Part shown: positions 41,499 to 56,704 of the stretch, piece after piece
Layout of the letters: each line of letters starts with the position of its first letter
How positions within the stretch are numbered: the first letter of the stretch is position 1
DNA from: the human T2T-CHM13v2.0 reference genome, Homo sapiens
DNA: 64,000 nt
Strand: one strand, 5' to 3'
Assembly: GCF_009914755.1 (NCBI RefSeq)
Contig: NC_060925.1
Notes under the pieces: model-generated
Database searches by the model: none
The model's input: the letters and a program-made list of their open reading frames with translations, nothing else
Told to the model about the DNA's origin: nothing
Made by a program: the position numbers and the translations under genes

Positions 41499-41813
41499 AA
41501 GATTGAGTATCCCTTCTCCAAAATGCTTATGATCAGAAATGTTTCAGATTTTTTTTCACATTTTGAAATATTTGCATATACCTGATGAGATATCTTGGAG
41601 GTGAAATCCAAGTCCAAATACAAAATTCATTTATGTTTCATATACACCTTATACACATAGCATCAAGGTAATTTTATTTTTCCCTTGAGGATGCTGAATA
41701 AACTGCTTTCTGACTGTGACCTGTCACATGAAAGTCAGGTGTGGAATTTTCCCTCATGTTGGGGCTCAAAAACTTTTGGATCTTGGATTTTTGGATTAGG
41801 GATGCTCAACCTG
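41499..41813 (+). mobile_element. Tigger4b/MER46-type TcMar-Tigger MITE
   Basis: TIRs 'gattgagtatccct' ... 'agggatgctcaacctg', followed by TA. Confidence 0.8.
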
Positions 41814-42214
41814 TATATGCAAACACTTGACATGGGAGGAGGAAGTCCAATAAGATGAGTATCACATGGTTCCTGCTGTAAAAGAAAGCAGTACTGACTA
41901 AATTAATGGGGAAAGGGGAATAATTGAAGTCAGTCACACAGTCATTCGCCAGCAGGAGAAAGGCAGACTTTTGGAAATGCCGTGATGGCAAATAGAAGCT
42001 GGCCCATGAAGAGCTATTCCTTGAGAGGGAAAACTCAAATCGTATTAAGGTTTCAGAGGGGAAGGTTTTCTACATTTAAGCTGAATAAAAGGGGAAATAA
42101 TCAATTAACTCATATATCAAAACTAATTGGAATTTGTCTTTACAGACATAATGTCTTCATTTGTCATATCAATTATAGCCACATTCATTCAGAGCTTGAT
42201 ATCATGAAGACATT

Positions 42215-42218
<4 letters not shown>

Positions 42219-42258
<40 letters not shown>
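42219..42258 (+). repeat. (CA)20 microsatellite
   Basis: Directly visible. Confidence 0.97.
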
Positions 42259-42259
<1 letters not shown>

Positions 42260-43122
42260 TGGTAGAAAAACTTTAGAAGCACTGCTCCAAAGCTTGGATG
42301 GTAGACTCGGAGAATGGCAAAGACAGAAGGGGCCTTAGGAATCAATTGATCCAACATATCATTACAATGGAATGATCCAGGTCCAGAAAAACAAAACACA
42401 AAATTATCTTTCCACTAAGGAAAGCAAAAAGAGTTGGGCCCAACTCTAGAGACACTTTGTTCCAGCTCTAGTGGTTATATTTTCTAAGCCAAAAATTGAG
42501 ACACAAAATACAAGTGAACACAATGGAACAGAGTACTTAAAATAGAGACTAAAGGTTACTGTGGTCTTAGATGATACCTCCAGAACATTCCACGGCATTC
42601 GTCCTTTTGTTTGCCAAAGACACATTCCAGAAGAAAATCACACTCTACTCAGACATGAGTGCCTTCCATAGTCATAAGAGAAGAGCATGAGAGTCTGTCT
42701 CCATCCAAGGCAAGCCCTTGGTGAAAAGAAAAGCCACAGGGACTGTAGGCAAGTCTTTGATAAGCAAAATGAGATGATAAATAACTGAAGACTATCAGTT
42801 CACAGGCCACCAAGTTTTCTCCAGAGCCGAGCATGTGCAGGGCTCAATAAATTCTAAATATAAACTATCAAAAGCTGACGAGGACCTTGGCTAGTGTACT
42901 CCTTGGGTATCGTAAGATACTCATGCTGCAACTACTTAAACCCAGTTTATCTGTAGGCTTGTCCAAATGCAATTCAATTATTTTAATTTCTTGGTTCGAT
43001 CACTTCTGATTATTCAAAAGCCAGAAACAATAAAAAAAAATATAGCGTACTAACTGCAGGAAGCTTTGTGAATTTTCTTGCACTAAAATCATCATCCAAA
43101 GATTCATCAAGCCCTGTCCACA

Positions 43123-43259
43123 CAAAATAACGTAATGATGGTACCTTTTATATCAACAGGCATTTCTCTTTTGACGATAACGGATAGATTCTGCAAACCT
43201 ATTACAGTCAAAAGAGAAATGTCTGTTGATATAAAAGGTATCGTCTTTACATTATTTTG
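43123..43259. repeat. Long imperfect palindrome (53-bp arms), MITE-like
   Basis: 43123-43175 is the reverse complement of 43207-43259 with 5 mismatches. Confidence 0.92.
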
Positions 43260-44222
43260 CACACTGTAGGCAACTTAAGGTCACTAGAGGAGGCGGGTGA
43301 GAAAGTGACAAGAGACCAGCAGTAAGTTTCCTCACATAAGTTCCCTACAGTGACTGGAACCTATCAGCTTGGCTTCTTTATTGCTGGTATTGAGATAAAT
43401 CGCCACACAGAAACATCATCTAGGAGTTAATCAGAACAGAAAACTCAGGAAGATTCAGGACCCACACTGGATACCATTATTGTCATAAGTCAAGCAGCAT
43501 TTCTCCTTCATTAGTACCATATTTCATTACAGTATATCACCACAATGTTTAGTAATAGTTTTACAAGAAAATAGACTTCAAAGCTTTGTGCCTTTGGTTT
43601 CTATGTAGTGAATTTCTCATTATAACTTTTTATCTTTGCTTAAACTGAAAAGTGAACGAATTGACCTTTATGAGTCAGTGTGCACTCCGGTGTTTTACCA
43701 AGAAATAATACCTTTAAAATGATATATTTGCGTATGCATAGAATATTCCAGAAAGATATGCAAAACTGATTATCTCTAGAGTGGCCGGGAGATGAGAGAA
43801 AGGTGGAAGGGGCCTTTTCACTTAGACATTTTTGTGAATTTTATACTTTGTGCAAGTATCATCTACTAATTTTTAATAATTATGTTAAAACTTTTTTAAA
43901 GAATAAACAAAAATTCTTGTTAAGGTTCTTAATCCCTGAATATATTTCAGCAGTGACCAAGATTAAATAGCAATGATTTCCCAAGGGTCAAAGGCATTGG
44001 CTCCATTCTGATCTAGCCTGTTTCTTATTCCCCCGCAATGCATCATGTGGCATGTTTTCTTTTAAATATCCAAAAAAGTTAATTTGAAAAAAAAACTGAG
44101 AATTTTATGTCATCATTCAAAATAACTGGAGATTCTTAGGGTGTGCCAAAACCACAGCTGGGAATCACTGAAATACAGATTCTGAAAGTGTTAGGTACAT
44201 TTTTAAAGATTTGCAGAATCCA

Positions 44223-44267
44223 GTGATGTATAAATGCATATAAGTTCTACCTGCATTTATACATCAC
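44223..44267. repeat. Perfect 16-bp inverted repeat with 13-nt loop
   Basis: GTGATGTATAAATGCA ... TGCATTTATACATCAC. Confidence 0.95.
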
Positions 44268-46632
44268 ATTAGTTTACTCTAATTCTCTTGGGCTTATTAA
44301 ATTCAATGACCAATTATTTGAATATGCACACAAAAATCTAAATTATAACATCAGGCTGAAGCATTAAGTAGATAAATATAGTGAATGGTTAAGGCATGTA
44401 TTGCAAAATTTTTAAACAGCACTTTGAAATGAGAGGAAAGAAAATCTCTATTCCCCTATCCTTCCTCAAAATACATGTTTATTATAGTTTTGCTACCTAG
44501 AAACTTTGGAGTTTTTAACATTAAAAAAAAGGAAGCATGATGTAATGGAAAACACAGGACTACAGAATCACACAGAGTTGGGTTCAAATCATCCAACCTG
44601 TCAGTTGGGTAACTTCTGACAATTCATTTGGCTCTTACTCCTCGAACACCTGCTACATTGCTGGCACTTAGCTTGGTGTTGGGCACTGGGCAAAAGCAGT
44701 GAACAAGGCAAAAATGAGCTTATGGTTTGGTGGGAAAGGCAGACAATGAAATTATATTAAAGTGTATGAAGGAAAATTACAAGGAGCTGTGTCAGGAAAC
44801 CAACATGGTCTAGGGATCAGAAGTAGCTTTCTAGAGGAGTGATGCTCAAGGCAAGACCTGAAGGGTAACACAGACTTAGTTGGGTGAAGCAACTCCCTCA
44901 TCTTCAGGTCCTTATTTGTAAAACAGGGACTGTAATAGCTGCCTCAGAGGGCTTTTTGAAGTTTTAATGAATTTGATATTGAAAGCATTTAGCACAGCAT
45001 CCAGCACATAGTAAATGCTCAATAAACAGTAGCTATTATTATTCGTCTTTTTTGTACAGTCTTCTCTGGTTATATATGAGTCAGCCCTCAAAGGTTTAAA
45101 AGTTACAAAGTGGCCCCTCAACCATATACTTCTGTTTTCCTATACTTGCTACATGGGAGTCAAAGTGTGGAGTAGACCAAGGGCTCATCCTCTCTGGAAA
45201 AATGCCTTTGGCTCAGAGCTGTACACTCACCTTGGCCACTGAGGTAGGTCCCCATATCTTTTTTGTCACAGGGTTAACATGTTATGTGAGTCAGATCTAA
45301 AATTTTGGCCCCTTCAAAGGCTGCTGGGTCTCTCTGTTTAATCAGACATGAAACAAATCGCGTGCTGTGGCAGAGGCGTACAAACACGCTTTAATTACAA
45401 TATTGTAACACCAATTAGAGATCTATCTAATCGAGGACTCGGCACTTCCTGCTCGGATATTACTCCCATGTTGGGATAATTACTGCTAATTAAGCTTGGA
45501 ACTAATTAGGCTAAATGATCTCATTTATACCAACAAAGATGACTTCTAGGAGTTCATAAGAAAAACTAGGGTGATTTTATCATTCCTGGACTATTTGGCA
45601 TTTCACACTGGAAATAAAACACCTTCCCCTGACATGGAGGTGCACAGATGGTTGGTTCCTCTGGAATTCTGGTCCTAAATGGCAGTAGGTTCTTCATTTG
45701 TCTACACAGATTCTCCTATACGGTGAAACAAATACTGTAAAAACATTGTCCACTCACATTGCACTACGTTCTTCCACAAATGACAACTGCGGTGTCAGGA
45801 AGGGGCTGCCACTGAGAGTGGACACAGTGGCAAAAGCTGACCCCCACACAGCCTTGTCCAGAGTGCCTTTTGCCTTGCAGTTATATTTATAAGACCTCAA
45901 TATTCTTACCACAGTCATCACAGGATAGAGTGATGGGTTTGAGGGTCAGACAAGCCTAGGTTTATGTAAACTAGTCTGCCTAAGCCTCAGTTTTCTGTCT
46001 CTAGAGTAGGGATAATAACAATGTCATATAGTGATTCTGTGAGGATTAAAGAGGTAACATATATATAATGCAGGATAGTACTTGGCACATAGTAGCCCTC
46101 AATGAGCCCTCACTAGGATTTTTTTTTTCCCTTCAAGGCACCATAATATCCACCTCTGAACTAAGCTCCACATTTTATCTGTCTTGCTACTCTTTTGTGG
46201 CATAATGCAGTGACAGTGGGAAAAAAACACATGACTGAGAGTTAGGAAACCTAGTTAAGTTCAGGTTATCTCTAACTAACCAGCTGTGTGACTTAAAGAA
46301 GTCACTTCTCCTTCCTGGAAAATAACAATATTCACTGCATATAGTGAACCAGGCATTGTGTTAAATGTAGTACATGAATTTTCTGACCTAACCTTTACAG
46401 CAATGCTCCCCATTTTAGAGATAAGGAAATTGAGACCTAAATAAATAAATAATTTAAAACAAAACAAAACAAACCCTCACTTCTATTAAATGACAGGGTC
46501 AGAAATTGAACCCCGGTCTCACTCCGGAGCCTATCCTCTCAATCACTGTCCCACCGAGTTGCTTCCACTCCCTTTTGTAACTGAAGGAACTAGAGAAAAC
46601 ATCTTCAAGGGTGAGCCTTTCAACCTTATTCT

Positions 46633-46925
<293 letters not shown>

Positions 46926-47214
46926 TCAACCTTGTTTTTAACAATATTCATCAATTATTAAGTCTTTATTGTGTGTCTAATAAGTCCTCCATCCTATGGA
47001 GAATAAGATGCTCACCCCAATACAAAACACCCTGACAAGGCTAATAAGATGTTCCACAAATATGTGGGTACACAAACACATGTGAGTACACACATACAGA
47101 AACACACATAGATGTTATTTGCTGGATTGTTCCATCCGGAGAAACAAAAATGAATGAACAAAGCCCCAGCTTCTCATTAAATGTTACCACTGAGGATTGA
47201 ATTCTTCTACCTGT

Positions 47215-47538
<324 letters not shown>

Positions 47539-47811
47539 CTAAAGAGGTGTTAAGGTGATTAGAATGCATACTGGCTGGTCACCTATGGTCAGCTCAGGTC
47601 AAAAGCTTTCCCATCCAGCAGAGCTCTAGCCTGTCCTGGAAGTGATGTCTATCAATGCTAGGAGAGGCTGAAATGGAAACACATTGGTCACTTGTCTCTT
47701 AGGAACCTTTTCTGAGAAAGCCTGCTCCATGCCTGGACTTTAGTCTTATACCCCACAAGAATGTAAACTCCAGGACAGAATTGTGTTTTACGGTGTTTTA
47801 TCTCTTTTACG

Positions 47812-48130
<319 letters not shown>

Positions 48131-49154
48131 TGTTTTATCTCTTATACCCAAACAGGGCCTGGCTTATAGTAGGTGCTCAATAAACGTATGTGGATCAAAT
48201 GCATAGAGAAAATGAATAGAGTCCTGGGTTCTGGTACAGGAGTTTGGGGCAAAACCAAGGAAACTTAGATGCTGCTTCAGGTATGCAGAGGTCTGGGAAG
48301 GCACATATTCTCTCCTCTTCCTGTGTTATCTCTGCAGGAGGTAACCCTCAGCAGGTCCAGCTTTTCTTACCAAGTGTGTCTGGAGGGCTGCCTACCACCA
48401 CACCTTGTTGTGAGGCCATTTCCTCTCTCTGATTTCCATCACCCTGAGGTCCCTCTGTAGGAAAATGGGAGTGGGATACAGGGAAAAGGGTGCTTTTTCA
48501 CCATTTGAGGAAGAACTAAGGGACTTCAACATAACCTGGGGAGGGGCTAGTGGTAAACTCTCCCCCAAATTCCCAGTTCATTGAGCTCCTCCCAACCCAG
48601 GAGCTTTGCTTTGATGAAGAGGAGGGTCTCTAGCTGCAGCTACTTTTTTGGAGATTAGAAAACCTGAAACCACTCTTGCCTATGTCTAAAATACACCACC
48701 CAAGGGTGGTGTCAGGTTGGTCTTTCTCTGCAGAATGGGAGTATCAGTGATGGTTGGCCAGAAGGCTCAAGAAGGAAGGAAGGATTTGGAATCAGAAGAC
48801 TCAGATCTGAGACCAGATTGTCTCATTTTTTTTCTAGGTAAAATGGGGATAATAAAAACAATCCTACCCACCTCAGAGCAGTCAGAATCAAAAATGAAAA
48901 GTTCTGAGAACAAATGCCACAACCGATCACACACTGCAAATGCTGTAACAATGAGCTATTACCTCCTGACCACGAATTGTCTCTATGATGAGACATGCCT
49001 TGGAACGTGTGTGACCTACTATGTTCTCAGGGGCACCTGGTGGGTCCCAGGGTGTACAGCCTGGTGGATGGGAGATGCATGCAAATACCCCGATAGCAAC
49101 AAGAGCAAAACTCCATCTCAAAAAAAATAAAAGGAAAAGAAAAAAAGAAAATCA

Positions 49155-49473
<319 letters not shown>

Positions 49474-50417
49474 TCAGTCAACAATTTTGTGTTAGGAAGA
49501 GTGGGAATGGGGGGCAAAGGGATAGGATGAGGAACAGAAGCAAAAGGCAGAGAGTGTAAATAGACAAGAATTTGAAAATAAAATTTTTGCCCCAAAGATG
49601 ATACTGCAAAGCTTCCACCTGCCCTGCTTCATAGAAACTGCTTTCGCCAAGGTCACAAATGGCTTCAAATTGTCAAATCTAGAAGGCACCTTCCTGCCTA
49701 CATCTTGCCCAACCTCTTTGTGGATTTGGACTATTGACTCCTCAATGCTTCCTGAAGTTCTCTTCCTGACATGGCTTCTGTGACACCATCTTTCTCCTTT
49801 TCCTTAGCTATTTCTTCCACCTTTTCATTAAATATCGGGGATCTCCAGAGTCCCATCCCAAGACTTTCTCTTTTCATTCATCATGCTCCTTCTAGGTGAT
49901 TTTCCATAGTTTCAATTGCTGCTTACAAACAGATGGCTCTCAAACCAATAGCTCCAGCTCAGACATCCTGTTAAACACAATATTTAACACACAGAAAATA
50001 AGCAGTAAATGCCTGACGAAACTAACTAGAGTTCTAGCTAGATTTTTCCAACCACAAGCTCCGTTAGACATCACCATCAAGATGTCCCACAGAGTCTTTA
50101 TATTCAACATAAATAGAACTAATCTTCTCCTGTGACTGATTCTTCTTTTTTAACTCCTTTTTTTTCCCTTCAGAAAATGGCCTCTTTAATATTCAGATGC
50201 CTAAGCCAGAAACCTGATTCATCTTAGACTCTTTCTACTCCCTCACTCCTACATTATCCTGCAGATTCTATCTCCAAAATGTTTTAAATACATCCCTTCC
50301 TCCTCTTTCTCACTGCCATCGGCCCTGATCACCTTTCACCTGTTTCACTATGACAGTCTGCTAGTTAATATCTCTGTCTCCAGTCTTGCTCTATTCCAAA
50401 GTACTGTAAGAATGATT

Positions 50418-50741
50418 TCTTTTTTTCTTCTTTTTCTCTTCTTTTTTTGTGAGACGGAGTCTCACTCTGTTATCCAGGCTGGAGTGCAGTGGTGAGATCT
50501 TGGCTCACCACAACCTCTGTCTCCCGGGTTCAAGCAATTCTCCCACCTCAGCCTCCTGTGTAGTTAGGATTACGGGCACATGCCACCACACCTGGCTAAT
50601 TTTTTTTCTTTCTTTTTTTTTTTTTTTTTTGTATTTTAGTAGAGACAGGGTTTCACCATGTTGCCCAGGCTGGTCTTGAACTCCTGAGCTCAGGTGATCC
50701 ACCCTCCTCGGCTTCCCAAAGTACCGGGATTACAGGCGTGG
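50418..50741 (-). mobile_element. Alu (antisense) within L2 sequence
   Basis: Dimeric Alu with an expanded central T-tract. Confidence 0.92.
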
Positions 50742-53324
50742 GTATAGTTACCCAGGCAAGTTTAAATTTCTTATCATGAGACAGACCCTTCCTCTTCTGG
50801 CCCCTTGCTCATTTCCTTTTACTCTCTCCAAAAAGAATCTTTTTCAAGAAAATACTTATTTATTAAAAAGGCTTTTAGTTCTTTAATAGCTCCATGACCT
50901 TGCACATTCTGTTCCCTCTTCCTCGCTGCCCTTCTTCTACTTGACTCCTTTGTCCATTTGTTCACCCATAAGCCTCCTCCAGACCTGTAGAACTCATTCT
51001 AAGAGTGTTCTCCTTCACCTGCTTCCACCAGCTACCTGTTGGTTAGATCCTTCTTCCTCCAGGCTTCTATTAATAATTTTTGTCACTTTATATTGGACTG
51101 CTTATTCATCACTACTCTACACAGTGTGCTCCCTGAAGGGAAAACATTTATCTTATGATTTCTAGAGATACCTGGCACTTGGCAGAATGGTAGGTACTCA
51201 GGGAATGACTGACTGAATTAATGAATGAATGAGAATGGTAGGAGAAACAAGACAGACATAAACTCCTGAGAAAAAACTAAGAACCGAAATAATGATACAT
51301 TTAAAGAAATGTATTCCTTCTTTTGGAACGCCCAATGCCCTGGGGCTAGACACAGCTGACATTTTTCAAAGATGGCCTCACATCTTACTATCTAACTTAC
51401 CATGTCTTTTAGAAAGATCTGTAGGGAGGGAGGGAAGCAGATAAGAGAAGGAGATTGTTAATAGTCCTCTTGAATCAGCTCTCCTATTTTGTCTAACCCC
51501 TTTCTACATTTGAAAAAGAGAAAAAAAAAATCCCCCTCGGTAGGTGTACAGAAATCACAAAATATTAATTCTTGTTCTGTTTGGATCCAAGTGAAATGAC
51601 TAAGAAACTTGTTTTTTTTTTTCTTTTTTGCTTTTTCTTTCAACAACCTTTGTATTTGAACAGTGCCCAACTATGAAATTTAATGATAGAAGGAATTTAA
51701 GCCTTCAGTTAGAATACACTGTGATTCCTTCTAACTCAAAACTTTGTAATTCCATAATGAAGTGGAGCATTCTAGGTTGTATCAGTCAACAGGGCATTTA
51801 TTAGGAAGAATTTGCTGTTAGATTTTAAAGCCTCTCAAGGCTATAGAACTGCATTTCTTAGGAGATGATCTGACCACAATGCTTCCCCATAAAGTGCTTC
51901 AATCCTATGACAGCCTATTGGGAGAAGTAACAAGACTAGGACTTTCTTGAGAATAACAGGGTAGCTTGGACATTTCCAAAAGGAAGAGGCATTGATTACA
52001 GAGGTAGGTGAGATCATTAGCATTTCTAAAGCTTGATATGCAAGGGCTTCCATAAGAAAGGAGTTAGCATGCTTTGTCACAGAGAGATGCAGCTGTATGA
52101 GGTTTGCTAGTGTTTGTGTGTGCATGGGAGTTGCAGAGCAGTAAGGAACACACTTTCAAGGTGTGATTGTTAGAGCTGCAATGGGATATAAAATTTGAAA
52201 TAGATCGCCAGCAATAGAGCAGAAAGGCAGTCAGACCTGCTGGGTCACTAGCAATGCCACCCTGGAAGTAGATAAGGGGATCTGCACATTAGAAGGAAGG
52301 AGAGATTGGTTCCTAGCAGGGGGAGGGGGAAGGGGCAGGCTCCTAAGACAAGAACGGTTTTAAGCTTCATTGTGCAGGAACACTACTTGCTTTCACTTCT
52401 TGTGGTCTCATTATTTCCCCACATATTTTCCTTCAACAGAGTTAGGCATTATTCTCATTGAGGGTCAGTTACATGCCAAATTTGATGCTTTAAAGATATT
52501 GAATTTTGTGCCATTAATTGTTCAGCATACCTTTTTCATAAGTGAAATATTTTATTCCTGCTTTTGCTCGACTTAAAAATAAATGACTGGGTTCCATTTT
52601 GTCTTTCCCTCCCAAATTTCCTTTAGGCATATACCAAGTATGTGTGGAAATGTCGACTCAAATAGAATATTTTGGAAATAAGTTATCTACAATTGTACAA
52701 AGCAGGCCAGAGTAGCATTCTCTTCCTATACTTACTGATGATGTTACTATTGCAATAGTATCAATAATCTCCATTAAGGAGATTTAAACAAACCAAAAAT
52801 TCTCTTCTGAAAAATTTCACTTGATTTCTTCAATTCTGTACAGTCCACGAATTCACTCGTACAAGAAAACATCACCAAAGCCAATGGGTTTGTAAAATCC
52901 ACTTGTTGAAACTATGTGTGTGTCAGCAGAAGGAGGGTTGGGAAGGGGTTGCTTTTCTTAGAAAACAATAAATTAATCAAATAATACATAATCATTTCAC
53001 TAAGTAAAATAAAACTGTAAACAGATAATATCAGTATTGGAATGAACTCCTTACCCACGTTGGAAGAGGTTCTTGTCCTCCTATTAAGCTTCCCAACCAC
53101 CCAGACTCTATTTCCCACAGGGCCCAATTTAATGCTTTTTTTCTAGCTTCTGTACAAGATTACTTAGTAAAAGGTGCCTGATGCAATAACTTTACATATT
53201 CAGACTTTCTGTGATTAGCTTCCACCTAGCATTCCCTCTTCACCCCAAATGTATCTTAAACATAAACAAACACAGTTCATCCTTTACACAAAAGCCAATG
53301 AAACTTTAGCTTTATGGCCCATGA

Positions 53325-53621
<297 letters not shown>

Positions 53622-55027
53622 ATGGCCGGCCCATGACTTTCATAATCTCCTTCCAAGGCCCTGCATCTAAGTAATTTTGAATATTATTTTCTTCAGGGGG
53701 GTCCCCTGAATTGAGGAAGCTTCAGGCTCCACAAAACCTAGACCCACTCCTGCCTATACATACATTTTATTCTCAGGTACCCAGCTAACCTCTTTCCCAG
53801 TAGGGCCCCAACATTCAATTTTCACCTGAAGAATGGACCCTACAGCTACAATGCATATTGGAGAAATAGAGAAACTACACAGTGAAGTTTTTGGCATATT
53901 TCCTGCCTCAACTGTGGTGCCCTGTTGTCTTTAGAAATGCTTTTCCAGCAACCAGCTCCTCTGTCTTGATGCTAAATGTCTTCATGATAAATGTTACAAA
54001 TATTCCCCCTCCCCCACCAACTTTACAACTGTTAGGTACACTGTGCCCTTGATTATGGGCTCTCAGTGAAGATTAATCAATGGGAAAATAATTGTAAGAA
54101 ACAGTAGTTTGGGGTTCTAGCAACAAGAAGATGGGAATTGCAAGTATTGTGTTGGTTATCTAGAAAAGCGCTGGCCTCTGGTAAGAGGATGGGGGTGAAA
54201 GTGGGTAGATCTGGAGGGGAGGAAATTAATCACCTACCAAGCACCTACTATGTCCCAAGAGCTATGTCAAATATCTACTGGGCACCTACTACATACCAAG
54301 AGCTATGAGCAAGAGTGTTTTATATCTGTATTGCATGCAATCCTGGGAGACAACAATCTCCATTCCAAATTCTCTAGAAGTTTGCTTAAAGATCCAATAT
54401 TTCATAATTTAAGTGAGTGTGTAAAGAAGAAGTAAGGCCTATCCCAGGGGATTTTAGCTGGGTCTGGGGAATTCTGAATCACAGAACACTCTAGCTCCCA
54501 AAGCAGCCAGCCTTCTAGGACACTTGTAATTTAACAGAGGTAGAAGTGGAAAGATGTGCTATCCAATTTTCATCGTATCTTCACTGTGACATAATGAGCA
54601 CTCACCAACAGCACTTGGCCAGGCAAGAGGAAGAATGCCCACTGATAACAGCTAGCAAATTGTAAGTTCTGTCTCAGGCATATTTTCTTCTGAGATGGAA
54701 GGTATTAGCACTTCTGTGAGAGGAATGTAAGCCTCCTCTATTACTCATGTATTTGTAGTTACATTGTGGAATCAGTAGTGGGAATCCATTGAAGAGTTGC
54801 ATGGGCTTGAGCGAGTGATTTTGCCTCTTTGAGCTTACATTTTCTCATGTATAAAATTAAAAGGTTAGAGTAGAGGATGGCTAACAGCCTTTAGATTCTT
54901 GACAGTCTGTGATGTAGTCATTGGCAAGTACACTGGGTTATTAACTAAAGAATAACTAGCTTGGTTTTATCATGGCTAAAGTTGGGAGAGAAAGCATTAA
55001 AAAAATGGAATTCAAGAGAATCAACAA

Positions 55028-55231
55028 CAGTGTTGTCCACTAGAACGTTCTGCAGAGATGGAAATGTTCTCTATCTGCACTGCCCAATATGGTAGCCACT
55101 AGTTACATGTAGCTATTGAGTACTCGAAATTAGGCTAGTGTGACTAAAGAGCTGAATTTTTAAATTTTTATTTATTAATTTAAATTTAAATGGCCACATA
55201 CGGATAGTGGTTACCATATTGGACCGGGTAG
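55028..55231 (+). mobile_element. MER3 (hAT-Charlie MITE)
   Basis: 'cagtgttgtccactagaacgttctgc...gatggaaatgttct...ggtagccactag...ccatattggac'. Confidence 0.85.
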
Positions 55232-56704
55232 ATATTAACTTTATGTAAGCCAGACTTTAGGTATAAAGATAAAAGAACAAGGGAGTGGTTTGAGAACTGT
55301 TTCAACAGAAGAATAAAGGAAGGCACAGGTTTAATTTAGGCAATTCACAAATAGAGCACATTTATTCTTTTAGACCTTCTAAAAAGAAGGATAGACCCTC
55401 GTTTTGTAATGCAGGCAATGATAATAGTACCTTACAGTTGTAATTAACTTTATGCTCTCCAAAAGTCCTTCACAGCTACAGTTTGATCCTCAAAACAACT
55501 CTCAGGATGTAGAAGAGAAGAAATATTTCCTCATTTTACAGATGAGGAAATTGAGACTCAGACGTTTTCCCCAAGGTCTCAGACTTCAAACATAATAAAG
55601 CTGTAATTTGAACCAATCACTTCAGACTTTATTTTTCCAGTTCCTTTCACGGGCAGTACAACCTCCAGTCCCTCACCTTGCCTGACTTCAACATGGAAAT
55701 GGTAACAATTTATAAAATACTAAATATGATAATAGGAAAGATGAGAAAATGCCAGGGGCTCAATAATCCACCAACTAGATAATCAAACCCTGACCGAATC
55801 AAGAACTACTTGTGTCTGTTATGAGAAATGAAAAGGAGCAAAAACTTATTTTCCCACAATGTGCCAGGGGTTTTACAGTTGCACTCAACAGAACAATCCT
55901 ACGAGAGAGCATTAGTAGCATCATTTTATTGTTGAGGAAGTTACTAGTCTGAGATCACACGCCTATAGAGTGGCACAGCCGCGATTCTGTTCTATAGCTT
56001 CTGTCTGTTTTCAAGTCACATCCACGTTCGAAGGAAGTGAAGATTCCCACCCTTTCACCCCCACTCCTCCTAGAATGCTGCAAAGTAGTTAACAAGCCAG
56101 CTTTGGAGTTATTCAGAATGAACCTGAACCTCAGATCTCACACAGTTCAAAGGATTTAACGTTTCTGAGTCTCAATTTCCTCAACTGCAACATTGGAGAA
56201 TCATTTTACCTGTTTTCAGGATTATGAAGTGGATTAAATGAGATAATGTGTGACAACACTTAGCACGGTGCTTGGTACAAGTGTGTAATGAGTAGTGGTT
56301 GTTAATATTTTACATTATTAAAGTGCTGCTGACTCTATAGGCAATTCTAAAATAGAAATTCCAAAAATGACTTCAGACGTGGTAGCATTTCTGCTAAAGT
56401 CTACCAAGTAGATGATCTCAGGACACTCACTTGGACACTGAAAGTTAAGTTGGATGGATATCACAGGTTTTAAAACAGTCATTGATAGGATCGGTGACTA
56501 TGGCAGAAGCACTGAAGTGATGCCTTTGTTCAAAAAGGCCCACAAATTGTCATACCTTCCCCTGACTTTCCATATCCTGAAAGCAGATGTTAAATCTAGC
56601 CCTCTCTTGAGTCCTAACCCCTTGTATCTAGGTCCTTGTTGCCCATGTCTACCTGAATGTTGTTATACCTGCATGAGAAGCCAACATTCCCTTAATAGAA
56701 CCCA

